Part shown: positions 1-10,740 of the stretch, piece by piece
Layout of the letters: each line of letters begins with the position of its first letter
Position numbering within the stretch: position 1 is the first letter of the stretch
Source of the DNA: Candidatus Parvarchaeota archaeon
GTDB lineage: Archaea; Nanobdellota; Nanobdellia; Parvarchaeales; Parvarchaeaceae
DNA length: 64,000 bases
NCBI GenBank assembly: GCA_025920305.1
Contig: JAPDMB010000001.1
Coordinates: 538-64,537, forward strand
Reading direction: 5' to 3'
The notes under the pieces: generated by a model
What the model saw: the letters and a program-made list of their open reading frames with translations, nothing else
What the model was told of the DNA's origin: nothing
Databases searched by the model: none
Translations under genes and position numbers: made by a program

Positions 1-80
1 AATGAAATATCAGGCATCAACGAACCTATCGATGCCATCACATCCTTAAACATCTCAACGTCACTTATTTCCACTTCCAT
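1..80 (-). CDS. pcn: PCNA sliding clamp, N-terminal part (runs off window start)
   Basis: Manual translation from ATG at 80: MEVEISDVEMFKDVMASIGSLMPDIS, resembling archaeal PCNA N-termini; overlaps the end of the upstream OB-fold gene. Confidence 0.7.
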   Translation of the reverse strand, partial: MEVEISDVEMFKDVMASIGSLMPDIS

Positions 81-408
81 TGTCTAATAATTCACCCCTT
101 ATCTTTAAATACTTATTGAAGTTATCAGCGTCCTTTTCGCTGATTTTCTCAATATTATCCACCCTCAGCTCAGGACCGCCGTCGCTCTTGACGATCTTTC
201 CAGTCACACAGACAAGGTCAGATATGTTCGGCTTGTCCTTCATGTCTGGGGAAGGCATGCATACTATCTTATTGTCCCTCTCATCCTTTATTATGAATAT
301 ACCGATCTCATCTACGTTCATGACCTCTCCCACCGTCCTTATCCTGACTTCCTCCAGCCGGTTTATATCTTCTATACTGCAGTCAATTATCGGTCCAAAT
401 TTTTCCAT
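61..408 (-). CDS. Small OB-fold protein, RPA-subunit-like
   Basis: RIRTVGEV...IIKD...DLVCVTGKI...ELRVD pattern of a single OB fold; coupled to PCNA. Confidence 0.6.
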   Translation of the reverse strand: MEKFGPIIDCSIEDINRLEEVRIRTVGEVMNVDEIGIFIIKDERDNKIVCMPSPDMKDKPNISDLVCVTGKIVKSDGGPELRVDNIEKISEKDADNFNKYLKIRGELLDNGSGNK

Positions 409-411
409 ACT

Positions 412-843
412 TTATCCACTAACATTGACAACTATCGGTATGCGTATATACTTTATGCAATTCCCGTATCTTGCGGATATGTTCAGGTTCAGATCATATG
501 AACCGGGTTTGATCGGGGTCACAAGATACTGGAAATACGCTTCTTTGCCGGGGCTGACTACATATGGCGCAGGATACTCCACCTTTATGCCAGACTTATC
601 CGTCGTCCCTGCGTATAGGCTTATATTTTCCGGTACCTTTGCCGTATTTGATACGTATACAACGGACAGAGTGCTCGCATTCGACATGTTAAGGTCAAAC
701 CCGCTGGTCTGCCCGGAGTAGTTAAATGTTAAGTCATTGCAGTTTACAGCCTGATAATAATTTAAGCGGTCAAACGAATAAAATATAAGGTAAAGTGCGA
801 TCACTATAACTATTATTATAATTATCTCCCTTAGTAACTTCAT
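412..843 (-). CDS. Membrane-anchored/exported hypothetical protein
   Basis: N-terminal hydrophobic helix, beta-rich Asn/Ser/Thr/Tyr domain, two Cys. Confidence 0.6.
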   Translation of the reverse strand: MKLLREIIIIIVIVIALYLIFYSFDRLNYYQAVNCNDLTFNYSGQTSGFDLNMSNASTLSVVYVSNTAKVPENISLYAGTTDKSGIKVEYPAPYVVSPGKEAYFQYLVTPIKPGSYDLNLNISARYGNCIKYIRIPIVVNVSG

Positions 844-871
844 ACTATATTGGAAAATATATTAACTATTT

Positions 872-1204
872 ATGCGTATCAATTCAAGTTTTGGTATGGG
901 TACCGTACAGCATATTGATTTTATAACGGATAGGTATGACATTGATTTGAATGCGATATTCCAGAGAATAATCGAGAAGAACCATAAGAAGGTTGCCATT
1001 CAGCTTCCAGATGGTTTCAAGCGGCATGCTCTAGAGATGGCAAAAGCTATCTCTGAGAATACAGGCGCAGAGGTCTTTATATGGGGCGGGAGCAATTATG
1101 GCGCCTGCGATATACCTTATGGATTAGAGAAATTTGGAATAACCCTCCTTATCCAGTTTGGACATGCTAAATTCAGGGCAGATAACAGGGCCGATGGAAA
1201 ATGA
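872..1204 (+). CDS. dph2: Diphthamide synthesis Dph2, N-terminal domain only (split gene; start may be 896)
   Basis: KVAIQLPDGFK, YGACD and QFGH motifs of Dph2 domain 1. Confidence 0.85.
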   Translation: MRINSSFGMGTVQHIDFITDRYDIDLNAIFQRIIEKNHKKVAIQLPDGFKRHALEMAKAISENTGAEVFIWGGSNYGACDIPYGLEKFGITLLIQFGHAKFRADNRADGK

Positions 1205-1859
1205 AGTCGTCATAGGGATAGACGAAGCGGGCAGGGGGCCGGTCATAGGCCCGATGGTGGTGGCCGGCGTGAGCCTTGATCCTGATCTGAACAGACGGTT
1301 TAAGGCAGCAGGGGTGAAGGATTCTAAGATGTTGAGCATAAGGAGGATATACCAGCTGGAAAGGATAATAAAGGAATTCAGCTTGGGCTTTAAAGTCATC
1401 GTAAGAACTGCGGCGGAGATAGACGACAGATTCAAGGCTAAGAAGAACCTAAATTATTTTGAGCTGGATGATATGTCTGATATAGCCAACTCGTTACAGG
1501 GGAAGAAAGTCATAGTGGATTCACCCTCTGCGAACGTCGCAAAGGTGAAGAGCTATCTTGAGAGGCGGGTAAAGGACAAGGAGATAATCGCTAGAAATTA
1601 TGCAGACCGGGATTTTGTAGAGGTGGGAGCTGCGTCGATACTCGCGAAGGCTCAGAGGGAGAGAGAGGTGGAGGCGATAAAGAAAGAACTGTCGTATGAT
1701 TTTGGGAGCGGATACGCCTCGGATCCAAGGACCATCGAATTCCTGAAGATAATAAAGGATAATGGCAGGATATATGATGAGCCATACTCCAAATACATAA
1801 GGAAGACCTGGTTGACGTTCAAAAACCTCACCAGGAAGAGCCTGAATGATTTTACCTAG
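1194..1859 (+). CDS. rnhB: Ribonuclease HII
   Basis: GIDEAGRGPVIGP, VKDSK, AASILAK, GSGY..DP. Confidence 0.97.
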   Translation: MENEVVIGIDEAGRGPVIGPMVVAGVSLDPDLNRRFKAAGVKDSKMLSIRRIYQLERIIKEFSLGFKVIVRTAAEIDDRFKAKKNLNYFELDDMSDIANSLQGKKVIVDSPSANVAKVKSYLERRVKDKEIIARNYADRDFVEVGAASILAKAQREREVEAIKKELSYDFGSGYASDPRTIEFLKIIKDNGRIYDEPYSKYIRKTWLTFKNLTRKSLNDFT

Positions 1860-2248
1860 TTTATACGGTTTTTCAGTTCGTCCGGGATAGGCTTGGCTTT
1901 CCACGCCTTTGGGTCTATACAGACCTGTGTGATATACCCCTCAGCAGCAAGCTTTTCCCCGCTGAAGACACTGAAGTCGAATCTTATCGCAGACTTTGAT
2001 ATAATGTTCATATTCATATGTATCTCCAGCACATCGCCCAATTTGACGGGTCTATGATATGTGGCTTTAGATTCGACCGTGACAAACCACGTGTCCTTGC
2101 TTATCTCTGACAGATAATTCCCAAATTTTGACCTAGAGTAATCTTCAAGCGTATCGGTGAAGAACCTATAGTAAGCCGCATAGTGCACGACGCCCTGCGC
2201 GTCGACGTCGTATATTCTTACAGTCTCTTTTTTGATAAATGTATCCAT
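1856..2248 (-). CDS. Acyl-CoA thioesterase (4HBT/YbgC hot-dog fold)
   Basis: VRIYDVDAQGVVHYAAYYRFF motif; likely start 2248. Confidence 0.88.
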   Translation of the reverse strand: MDTFIKKETVRIYDVDAQGVVHYAAYYRFFTDTLEDYSRSKFGNYLSEISKDTWFVTVESKATYHRPVKLGDVLEIHMNMNIISKSAIRFDFSVFSGEKLAAEGYITQVCIDPKAWKAKPIPDELKNRIN

Positions 2249-2287
2249 GTTACAAGTATAAAAATCAGCTGGATATAATATAAAGTT

Positions 2288-3460
2288 ATGTCTTATAGAT
2301 TTATTCATACCGGTGACACGCATATAGGCAACGTATACAAAGATAGCCAGAGAAACAATGACATTAAAGATGCGTTTATACAGCTTATAGACTACGCAAT
2401 AGATTCAAAGGTCGACTTCATAGTTCATTCCGGTGATCTATTCGACAGCGGTACACCAGATATAAACGATCTGCTGTTCATGACAGACCAGCTGCACAGG
2501 CTTAAAGACAATAATATAAAGATCTTCACTGTGCCAGGCTCTCACGATGTAGGCATAGGAGAGGAGCTTAGCATCGTTGATCTATTCGATAGGAATGGGC
2601 TCCTTGTAAATCTTAATTCAAGCAGATACATGAGGATGGAAGGCGGTAAGGTATACCTGAAAGGCGCTACATACCTAAACGCCTTCATAGCAGGGGTAAG
2701 GGGGAAAAGAAGCCGCGTAGAGGACGAGATATTCAAAGTGTTAAGCGTGGAGATGGATCAGAATGCATGGATTAAGATATTCGTCTTCCACCATACCATC
2801 TCTTCTCTAGGCGAAGCATTCAGCGATTTGGATACTGACAGCCTGCCCAAAGGCTTTGATTACTACGCAGCCGGTCATTGGCATGGCCATAAAGACAATA
2901 TTCAATATGGTAGTGGGATAATACAATACCCAGGCTCCACGGAGTACTGTGATGAGAAGGAGATGGTTGACAACCCAAACAGGGGGTTCTACGTAGTGGA
3001 GTACTCTGAGGGCGGTATAACTAGTGTGGAGTATCACCTCCTGAAGACGAGGGACAAGGACATAATACGTATAAACGCAGATGGTAAGGATTCTAAATCC
3101 ATAAAAACTGAGATCGTCTCGAATCTAAAGGAAAATGACGGTAAGATGCTGGTTATACTTGTAAACGGTAAACTCAATGGCAAGAGATCTGAGTTGGATA
3201 CGCAGGATATAAAATTACAGGCTAAGTCACTTGGATATTCATATGTCAGCATAAATACCTCTAAGATGCTAGATTCTGATTCGGACACTATAACTTTGAA
3301 GAGCGAGAACATAACGGATATAGAAGATGAATTTTTGTCGGCAAAAGGCTATAATAAAAAAGAGATAGCCCTCGCTCATACAATAATAGATATGATCGAG
3401 GAAGGCAAGGATCTAAGTGGCGTGAAATCCAAGGTTTTGGAGTTATATGATAATCAATGA
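2288..3460 (+). CDS. mre11: DNA repair nuclease Mre11
   Basis: DTHIG, GDLFD, GSHD and GHWH metallophosphoesterase motifs; precedes rad50. Confidence 0.93.
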   Translation: MSYRFIHTGDTHIGNVYKDSQRNNDIKDAFIQLIDYAIDSKVDFIVHSGDLFDSGTPDINDLLFMTDQLHRLKDNNIKIFTVPGSHDVGIGEELSIVDLFDRNGLLVNLNSSRYMRMEGGKVYLKGATYLNAFIAGVRGKRSRVEDEIFKVLSVEMDQNAWIKIFVFHHTISSLGEAFSDLDTDSLPKGFDYYAAGHWHGHKDNIQYGSGIIQYPGSTEYCDEKEMVDNPNRGFYVVEYSEGGITSVEYHLLKTRDKDIIRINADGKDSKSIKTEIVSNLKENDGKMLVILVNGKLNGKRSELDTQDIKLQAKSLGYSYVSINTSKMLDSDSDTITLKSENITDIEDEFLSAKGYNKKEIALAHTIIDMIEEGKDLSGVKSKVLELYDNQ

Positions 3461-5837
3461 AATCAGCCTAAAAAACATCAGAAGTCACGTCGAATCAGAG
3501 ATATCGTTTAGCCCCGGGATAAATGTGATAGTGGGCAATACTGGGAGCGGAAAGTCGTCCATACTTATGAGCATAGAGTATGCACTGTTTGGAAAGATAG
3601 GAGAAGGTACAAATGAGGGCAAGATGCTTTTAAGGAGGGGCGAAAACAGCGGAAGAATATCTTTAGTGTTTACTGAAAACGGTAGGGAAATAAGAGTCAT
3701 GCGGGGGCTTAAGCGCGTAAAAGATGCCGTTAGGAACGATGACTCTATGAATAGCATATCCGTAGACGGCAGGGAAGTCGATCTGCAGAACAGATCATCC
3801 GACATAAGCACCTTTGTATCGAAAAGTCTCTCAATGAAAAGTGATCCTTTGAAAACGTTTGAGGCGGTCGTATACATAAAGCAGGATGAGCTTAAGGGTT
3901 TAGTCTTTGATACAACGCAGAAAAAACAAGAATACATAGACGACACTTTGCAAGTAGGGAAGTATGCCCTTGTGTACGATGGTATGCGGTCCCTGATGAT
4001 AGACTTACAGAATGAAGAAGCCCTCCTAAAGAAAGAGATAGAATTCTCCGTGGGAGACAAGGAGATAATAGAGACAAAAAGCAAGCTGCTGGATATAGAG
4101 AAGAATATTAAGAAGCTGTCTGACGACATAAACCTCCTAGAATCGAAGAGTGATGAGCTTGCGAAGGCCAGGAGAGCCTATGAGGAGAAGCTGGAAGCCG
4201 AGAAGGATCTGCAGCTGAAGTTCAATGTCTTGCGATCGTTGATAGATAAAGAAGCTAAAGAATTGGAGAAGCTGAAAGAAAGCGTGAAGGATCTACAGGT
4301 TGAGAGGGATCTTCTGTACGACAGAGTAAAGGACATGAAGCAAGAGGATGAGGGTGAACTCTTAAATAAACTTCATGAAATTGATAAGCTGGCAGACGCA
4401 TGCAATAAAGAGAAGGATATCCGGATAAAAGAGATGCATGAGTTGCAGATGAGGATAAGTGTACTTAATGATAGAAAGGGGAAAATAGAGGAAGAACTTA
4501 AAAAATACATAAAATATGTGGATGAAATCAGTAAATTAATCAGTGAGAAAAAAGCGGCTCTCGATGAAGCGAAAGTCCTTTTAAGTGATGATGAGATAAA
4601 CGCAAAAATCGAGCAGATAAAGGAGGTGATATCGGATATCACAGCGGACATGGAGAGGTCTATATCTAGCGGCATCTGCGTGTTCTGTGGATCTAGTATA
4701 ATAGACAGGCAGCACGTGGAGAAAGAATTCAAAGGGAGAATAAACGGATATAATCAGACCATATCGAAATTACAAGGGTTGAAATCGAATATATCAAAGA
4801 TCTCCAAGGCCAGTTTAGAGAAGGAGCTATTCTCTTTGGAGAAGGACATGTTGAATGCAAAGACCACCATAGATAATTTAACTAAAGAGTCGGATTCCAT
4901 ACATACAAGCGATCTAAGTTCTCAGCTTGAGAAATTTGAGACGGAACTGGACAAGCTGAAGCAGGAGCAGACAAGCCTTTCCGATGAGAAGCTAGAGATA
5001 GCCAGAAAATTGGAGGAGATATCAAAATCAAGGGCATTGTTCATGAAGCTGTCATCCATCGATTCAGAGATAGAACAGCGGTTGAAATTGATAGGAGATA
5101 AGGAGTCTAACATCGAAAAGAATAGATCAGATTTGAAGGACCTTAATTTCGATCCATCAATCTACGCAGGGCTTATGGATGAACTGAAACTCGTAGATGA
5201 AGATTATAATAAAGTTATATCGCAGCTAGCCGAGAGCAGAAAGGAGAAAGCGATGCTGGAAGAGAGGAGATCTGAGGAGAATGCCAGGCTTGAGGAAATA
5301 AAGAGCAAGCTAGAGACGAAGGAGAAGGCAAATTCGAAGCTGGTAAAACTCGAAAAGGCGATTAAAATGCTGTCTAATCTCCGAGAGGATATAAGGAGCA
5401 TAAGGGAATACGTGAGAAACAGGTTCATAGGCGATTTCAGGTCCTTATTTCAGACAAAATTCTACGAGCTTAGGAATGAGACTGACTACGCCGTAGACAT
5501 AGACAACAACTATAATGTTATAATAAAAAGCGACGGCGAAGTCTTTGAGTCAAAAAGCCTCTCCGGAGGGGAAAAAACCATAGTGGCTTTGGCTTATAGG
5601 ATCTCTCTGTCCTCCATAGCTGCGAAGTTGGGCGGGATAAGCCGTAACGAGATATTCATAATGGACGAACCGACGTCCGGCCTAGATAAAAAAGATGTCT
5701 CCTCTTTAGCCGACTCAATAACTAAGATAACTGGCGTGAATCAGATAATAATCGTAACGCACGATGATAACCTTAAGAATATAGCCGACAACATGATACG
5801 TGTTGAGAAAAAGGAAGGCGTTTCCGTGGTGATTTGA
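3447..5837 (+). CDS. rad50: DNA repair ATPase Rad50
   Basis: GNTGSGKSS Walker A, long coiled coil, CVFC zinc hook, LSGGE signature, MDEPT Walker B. Confidence 0.95.
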   Translation: MIINEISLKNIRSHVESEISFSPGINVIVGNTGSGKSSILMSIEYALFGKIGEGTNEGKMLLRRGENSGRISLVFTENGREIRVMRGLKRVKDAVRNDDSMNSISVDGREVDLQNRSSDISTFVSKSLSMKSDPLKTFEAVVYIKQDELKGLVFDTTQKKQEYIDDTLQVGKYALVYDGMRSLMIDLQNEEALLKKEIEFSVGDKEIIETKSKLLDIEKNIKKLSDDINLLESKSDELAKARRAYEEKLEAEKDLQLKFNVLRSLIDKEAKELEKLKESVKDLQVERDLLYDRVKDMKQEDEGELLNKLHEIDKLADACNKEKDIRIKEMHELQMRISVLNDRKGKIEEELKKYIKYVDEISKLISEKKAALDEAKVLLSDDEINAKIEQIKEVISDITADMERSISSGICVFCGSSIIDRQHVEKEFKGRINGYNQTISKLQGLKSNISKISKASLEKELFSLEKDMLNAKTTIDNLTKESDSIHTSDLSSQLEKFETELDKLKQEQTSLSDEKLEIARKLEEISKSRALFMKLSSIDSEIEQRLKLIGDKESNIEKNRSDLKDLNFDPSIYAGLMDELKLVDEDYNKVISQLAESRKEKAMLEERRSEENARLEEIKSKLETKEKANSKLVKLEKAIKMLSNLREDIRSIREYVRNRFIGDFRSLFQTKFYELRNETDYAVDIDNNYNVIIKSDGEVFESKSLSGGEKTIVALAYRISLSSIAAKLGGISRNEIFIMDEPTSGLDKKDVSSLADSITKITGVNQIIIVTHDDNLKNIADNMIRVEKKEGVSVVI

Positions 5838-5875
5838 AGATATAATTATGCTCTAAGCCATATTATTATAGAATT

Positions 5876-6505
5876 ATGATAAAAGGCATAGCTTCGGATC
5901 TTGATGGTACGCTGTTAGACAGCACGGAACTGATCGCAAGAGCTTGGGAGGAAGCCCTGTCTTCGGAGGGCCTGCCAGCTGATTACTATGGAATTTTGAA
6001 GAGGACCAAGGGGATATCCTCTAAGGACATAATAAAGATGTACAAGGAAAACGCGGGGCCGGAGGATATAAAAAGGATTAAGGATAAGAGGAGGAAAAAT
6101 TTTCTTAGGTTGCTGGAAGACAGGAGGGATATCCTTTACCCGGAGACAATCAATGTCATAAGAAAAGTAAAAGAACGCGGCATAAAGTTCGCCATAGCAA
6201 CCGGTCTTTCAAGAGATCTCCTGGATCACGTGTTGGATGTAACTGGCTTGTCTTCGATTGTGGATTGCTCTATAAGTGCAGATGACGTGAGCCGAGGCAA
6301 GCCGGAACCGGATATCTTCTTGGAGGCTTTCAGGAGGCTGAATGTGGATCCGAAGGAAGGACTGGTGATTGGCGACAGCGAAAACGATATAATCCCTGGT
6401 AAGAAGATAGGCGCATTTACTGTCTTCATATCAAGGGAAGGCGGGAAGCTCGATATCGCAGATGCAGACATAAGCAATCTTGAAGAATTGTTCAAATTTC
6501 TATAA
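5876..6505 (+). CDS. HAD-family phosphatase (beta-PGM-like)
   Basis: DLDGTLLDS, KPEPDIF, IGDSEND. Confidence 0.9.
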   Translation: MIKGIASDLDGTLLDSTELIARAWEEALSSEGLPADYYGILKRTKGISSKDIIKMYKENAGPEDIKRIKDKRRKNFLRLLEDRRDILYPETINVIRKVKERGIKFAIATGLSRDLLDHVLDVTGLSSIVDCSISADDVSRGKPEPDIFLEAFRRLNVDPKEGLVIGDSENDIIPGKKIGAFTVFISREGGKLDIADADISNLEELFKFL

Positions 6506-6554
6506 TAGGTGAAAAAAGGAATGGCTTAAATATAAGATATGTATAATAATAAAT

Positions 6555-8078
6555 ATGGTGGATATAAAACTCAGTGATAAGTTCTCAGATATATATATTC
6601 CAGGCGAGACCAAGAGATTTAAGATCTTCATCGGCGGTAAATGGGTAGAGACAAAGGACAAGTTCGATCTTATATCACCAATAGACAGCAGAAAAATGGC
6701 TGAAATATCCAGCGCAAGCAAAGAGGATATAGATGCAGCTGTAAAATACGCAGTAGAATCCAAGCATAAGATTAGGGACATGCCGGCTATCGACAGAATT
6801 GAACTCATAAACAAATTCAGGCTTGAGCTTGAAAAATATAAGGATGAGATAGTCGATGTGCTGATGAAGGAGGCTGGAAAAGCCAGGCGTTCTGCGGAGG
6901 GAGAATTCAATGCGACGATAGAGAGGATGCGGTTGGGCATGGAAGACTCAAGGAAGATAACAGGCGAATATATTCCAGGCGATTGGTCAAGCGATACTTC
7001 TCAAAAGGTCGCCTTGGTTTTAAGGGAGCCTCTAGGGGTGGTTTTAGGCATATCCCCTTTCAATTATCCATTTTACACCTCAATGGCAAAGGTCATCCCG
7101 GCATTGCTGTCTGGCAATTCAGTCATAATAAAACCTCCAAGTGTGGATCCTATAGCTTTCCTTATGGCAGCTAAGGTGTTCCAGGACGTAGGCGCCCCGG
7201 ACGGCATATTCCAGGCTGTCACAGGAAAGGGCGATGTAGCTGGCGATTACCTTACCTCGAATCCAAATATAAATATGATAAGCTTCACAGGCAGCACGGA
7301 TGTCGGCAAACATATAGCTGGAATAGCAGGTCTAAGGAAGACCCACCTTGAATTAGGCGGAAAGGGTACTGCGATAGTATTGGAAGACGCTGATCTTGAT
7401 CTAGCTGCGAGGGAATGCGTAAAAGGCTCCTTGGAACTAGCCGGGCAGAGGTGTGATGCAGTCAGCAGGATTTTAGCCGTGGACAAGATATATGACAAAT
7501 TTGTCGAGAAGCTAAAACAGCACCTACAGGATTACAAGTTTGGGAACCCCATTGAATCCCCTGACGTTACGATGGGCCCGGTGATAAGCAAAAGCGCCGC
7601 TAAGAGGATAGATGATCTAGTTAAGGATGCAGTCAGTAAGGGCGCAAAGCTACTAGCTGGAGGCAAATACAATGACTGCTATTATGAACCTACTTTACTT
7701 GTTGACACGCCGTTGAATGCCAAGATAGTCGATGAGGAGACTTTTGGACCGGTTATAACCTTGATAAAGGTGAAAGACAAGGCAGATGCTATAAATTTGG
7801 CTAACCAGTCGCGGTATGGACTTGATTCGAGTGTCTTCACAAATAAATTTTATGATGCTTGGGAGGTGATGAAGGCTTTGCAAGTAGGCAATGTCACTTT
7901 GAATGCCGCCCCATCCCATGGTACCGCTTATTTCCCATTTGGCGGCGTAAAAGACTCAGGCAGCGGGAAAGAAGGGGTAGGATACAGCATAGATGAGATG
8001 ACCTATACAAAGACGATAGTCTTCAATTTAGCGCCTGGAAACTTAGGCAAGAGATACACCGGTCAGTTTAAAGATTGA
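6555..8078 (+). CDS. gapN: Non-phosphorylating glyceraldehyde-3-phosphate dehydrogenase (ALDH family)
   Basis: PFNYP, FTGS, ELGGK, GQRCDA, EETFGP; GQRCDA is characteristic of archaeal GAPN. Confidence 0.82.
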   Translation: MVDIKLSDKFSDIYIPGETKRFKIFIGGKWVETKDKFDLISPIDSRKMAEISSASKEDIDAAVKYAVESKHKIRDMPAIDRIELINKFRLELEKYKDEIVDVLMKEAGKARRSAEGEFNATIERMRLGMEDSRKITGEYIPGDWSSDTSQKVALVLREPLGVVLGISPFNYPFYTSMAKVIPALLSGNSVIIKPPSVDPIAFLMAAKVFQDVGAPDGIFQAVTGKGDVAGDYLTSNPNINMISFTGSTDVGKHIAGIAGLRKTHLELGGKGTAIVLEDADLDLAARECVKGSLELAGQRCDAVSRILAVDKIYDKFVEKLKQHLQDYKFGNPIESPDVTMGPVISKSAAKRIDDLVKDAVSKGAKLLAGGKYNDCYYEPTLLVDTPLNAKIVDEETFGPVITLIKVKDKADAINLANQSRYGLDSSVFTNKFYDAWEVMKALQVGNVTLNAAPSHGTAYFPFGGVKDSGSGKEGVGYSIDEMTYTKTIVFNLAPGNLGKRYTGQFKD

Positions 8079-8143
8079 GTTTAAAGGTTCTAAAACATTA
8101 TATTCTTGAGATGATATTATAATATAAGTGTAAGGTTAGGGGA

Positions 8144-8551
8144 ATGGAGCGTTCTGACTTGAAGCAGGAAGCGCGGAAATTGGCCTTAAGCGAGGTCTCT
8201 AGAAAAGAAGCAGCTTCGAGGCTAGGTTTGAAATACTGGACGGTATATTTTTGGACAAAGGACCTAAAGATACCACGGCATAGGGACACAAGCAAGCAGA
8301 AGAGGATACTGGATAAGATCATTAGCGACGGGTTTTATATCGCGAATGGAACAGACGATTTAAACACTTTGAGAATCATGAAGGAGAGAAAGGGTATAAG
8401 GATAGTTTCCGCTGAGAATACCCACATCGGCTTCTTAAAAGGCAACGAGGAGAAAGCCTTCAACGGTTTAATAAACTATAGAGGATTGAGTGGCGCTAAC
8501 CACCAGAGATTAAATGAGATAAGAAAAGCGTTCGGGATCAAACCGCAGTGA
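8144..8551 (+). CDS. Hypothetical protein with N-terminal HTH-like segment
   Basis: SRKEAASRLGLKYWTVYFW resembles an HTH recognition motif. Confidence 0.5.
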   Translation: MERSDLKQEARKLALSEVSRKEAASRLGLKYWTVYFWTKDLKIPRHRDTSKQKRILDKIISDGFYIANGTDDLNTLRIMKERKGIRIVSAENTHIGFLKGNEEKAFNGLINYRGLSGANHQRLNEIRKAFGIKPQ

Positions 8552-8680
8552 AATTTAAAGCTTTGTCTGGGATTTTTCTGTTCATTTCGTTAAATATAAA
8601 TAGTAGGAAATCAGATATAGTATCATATAAATAAAATAGATTGGACTTTTGGAAGTCTGATATTTTGGTAGGAGGTAATT

Positions 8681-10324
8681 ATGGCAGAAGCAGTACAACC
8701 AATTTTCATCTTGCCCGAGGGGTACACCAGGACCACAGGTAAGGATGCGCAGAGGAACAACATAGCATCAGCTAAAGCCGTTGCAGCGGCCGTCAAATCT
8801 ACTTTAGGGCCAAGAGGCATGGATAAGATGCTAGTTGACAATCTCGGCGACATAACTATAACAAACGACGGTGTGACCGTCCTGAAGAGCATGGAGGTGG
8901 ATAACCCCGCTGCGAAGATGATAGTGGAGGTCGCAAAAGCCCAGGAGGAGGAAGTGGGAGACGGAACTACTACAGCGGTGATCCTCGCCGGTGAACTGCT
9001 CAAAAATGCTGAAGCTTTGCTGGATCAGGGGATCCACTCAAGTTTGATAAATAGAGGTTATAGACTAGCTGCAGCAAAAGCGCAGGAAACCCTTGATGAG
9101 ATAAAGGTGAAGTTGGATATCAACAATAAAGAAGACCTCAGAAAAATAGTTAGGACTGCGATAATAAGCAAGAACATAAGCGGGGATGAGACCCTTCTGA
9201 ATTTGATAGTCGACGCTATAATGTATGTAAAGGATGCGAATGATAAAAAAGAGGTTGATATAGACGATATCAAAATAGAGAAGAAGGTCGGCGGCGGCTT
9301 ATCTGATTCTAAGCTTATAAAAGGTATTGTAATTGAGAAAGAGAAAGTGCATCCAGACATGCCGAACGAGATTAGGAACGCTAAAATTGCACTGTTGAAC
9401 CTAGCTTTAGAGATCGAGAAGACAAATATCGACGCGCAGTTAAGGATAGATAAGCCAGAGCAGCTGCAGGCTTTCTTAGGCGAAGAGGAGAAGATGTTTA
9501 AGGAGATGGTTGATAAGGTTAAAGCCTCCGGCGCGAATGTCGTAGTGTGCCAAAAAGGTATAGATGATACTGCGCAGTTTTTCCTATCAAAAGCCCACAT
9601 ATTGGCTTTCAGAAGGGTCTCTGAAAGCGATATGAAGAAAATAGGCAAGGCAACTGGGGCAAAGGTAGTATCCACATTAAGTGAGTTAGAACCAGGCGCT
9701 TTAGGCGAAGCTGGGTACGTGCATACTGAGAAAATTGGGGGAGAGGACATGGCTATAATTGAAGAGTGCAAGAACCCGAAGGCCGTCACACTCCTTTTGA
9801 GGGGCGGGACGGAGCACGTTGTGGATGAGGCTAAGAGAGCTGTGGAGGACAGCCTTGGAGACTTGAAGGCATTAATAGAGAGCGGTGGCAGCGTCGTTGC
9901 TGGCGGCGGCGCATGCGAGATGGAAGTCTCTAAGAAACTTAAGGACTTTGCTGCAACCTTGGAAGGAAGAGAGCAGCTTGCTGTCGATGCCTTTGCAGAT
10001 TCTCTGGAGATAATTCCAAAGACATTGGCTGAGAATGCAGGTATGGACCCTATAGATATATTAGTAGATCTAAGGGCCGAGCACAAGAAAGGAAACACTT
10101 GGGCTGGTGTAGACCTGTCAGATATTTCGCAGCCGAAGGTTGCAGATATGCTTAAAGCCAGTGTATTGGAACCGGTCAATGTGAAGAAACAGGCCATAAA
10201 AAGTTCGAGTGAAGTGGCGATAATGATATTAAAGATAGACGATATAATCGCTGCAGGTAAATCTGCGAATCAGTCTGCGCAGCCACCAGCCGGTGGAGGG
10301 TACGGCGGCGGATACGGTGATTAA
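8681..10324 (+). CDS. ths: Thermosome subunit (group II chaperonin)
   Basis: [25 protein letters not shown]-rich tail; GGAGG SD upstream. Confidence 0.98.
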   Translation: MAEAVQPIFILPEGYTRTTGKDAQRNNIASAKAVAAAVKSTLGPRGMDKMLVDNLGDITITNDGVTVLKSMEVDNPAAKMIVEVAKAQEEEVGDGTTTAVILAGELLKNAEALLDQGIHSSLINRGYRLAAAKAQETLDEIKVKLDINNKEDLRKIVRTAIISKNISGDETLLNLIVDAIMYVKDANDKKEVDIDDIKIEKKVGGGLSDSKLIKGIVIEKEKVHPDMPNEIRNAKIALLNLALEIEKTNIDAQLRIDKPEQLQAFLGEEEKMFKEMVDKVKASGANVVVCQKGIDDTAQFFLSKAHILAFRRVSESDMKKIGKATGAKVVSTLSELEPGALGEAGYVHTEKIGGEDMAIIEECKNPKAVTLLLRGGTEHVVDEAKRAVEDSLGDLKALIESGGSVVAGGGACEMEVSKKLKDFAATLEGREQLAVDAFADSLEIIPKTLAENAGMDPIDILVDLRAEHKKGNTWAGVDLSDISQPKVADMLKASVLEPVNVKKQAIKSSSEVAIMILKIDDIIAAGKSANQSAQPPAGGGYGGGYGD

Positions 10325-10326
10325 GG

Positions 10327-10557
10327 ATGAGCGAGAATGCACGGCCGTTGGACCTGCTCAACAGCGCAAAGGGTAAGAATATCCTTGTGGAGCTTAAGAA
10401 TGGCCATTCCATATCTGGGAAGCTGATCACTTTCGATGTTCATATAAACCTGACTCTGGAGAACGCTGAAGACAAGGTCAATGGAGAGGTCGTAAGAAAG
10501 CTTGGTTACCTCTTCATAAAAGGTGATACGGTGGTGTTAGTTTCCCCTACTTTATGA
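10327..10557 (+). CDS. Sm/Lsm RNA-binding protein
   Basis: RPLDLL...FDVHINL...IKGD Sm motifs; conserved linkage to rpl37e. Confidence 0.93.
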   Translation: MSENARPLDLLNSAKGKNILVELKNGHSISGKLITFDVHINLTLENAEDKVNGEVVRKLGYLFIKGDTVVLVSPTL

Positions 10558-10736
10558 GCACGGCATCGATGGGTTTGCACAACAGGAAGAATCCGCACGT
10601 CAGATGCAGGAGATGCGGTAAATATTCATATAACGCTAGAAAGCATCGCTGCTCCCATTGCGGATACGGTGAGACCTCCAAACTTCGAAATTATTCCTGG
10701 CTGAATAAGGACATAAATGGGAGAAGGAAAAATTAG
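10554..10736 (+). CDS. rpl37e: 50S ribosomal protein L37e
   Basis: HVRCRRCG...CSHCGYG zinc finger. Confidence 0.96.
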   Translation: MSTASMGLHNRKNPHVRCRRCGKYSYNARKHRCSHCGYGETSKLRNYSWLNKDINGRRKN

Positions 10737-10740
10737 AAAT

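Noticed and set aside
80..721. 213-aa plus-strand ORF
   Set aside because: Antisense to two better-supported minus-strand genes; Ser/Phe/Ile-rich shadow composition
872..1859. Frameshifted Dph2-RNase HII fusion, or a dph2 pseudogene
   Set aside because: RNase HII has its own ATG at 1194, and the missing Dph2 domains are encoded intact at 49101-49790
9058..10197. 379-aa ORF antisense to the thermosome (likewise 53114-53863 and 40669-41148 against the FtsZs, 3485-4129 against Rad50)
   Set aside because: Shadow frames of conserved genes with no motifs
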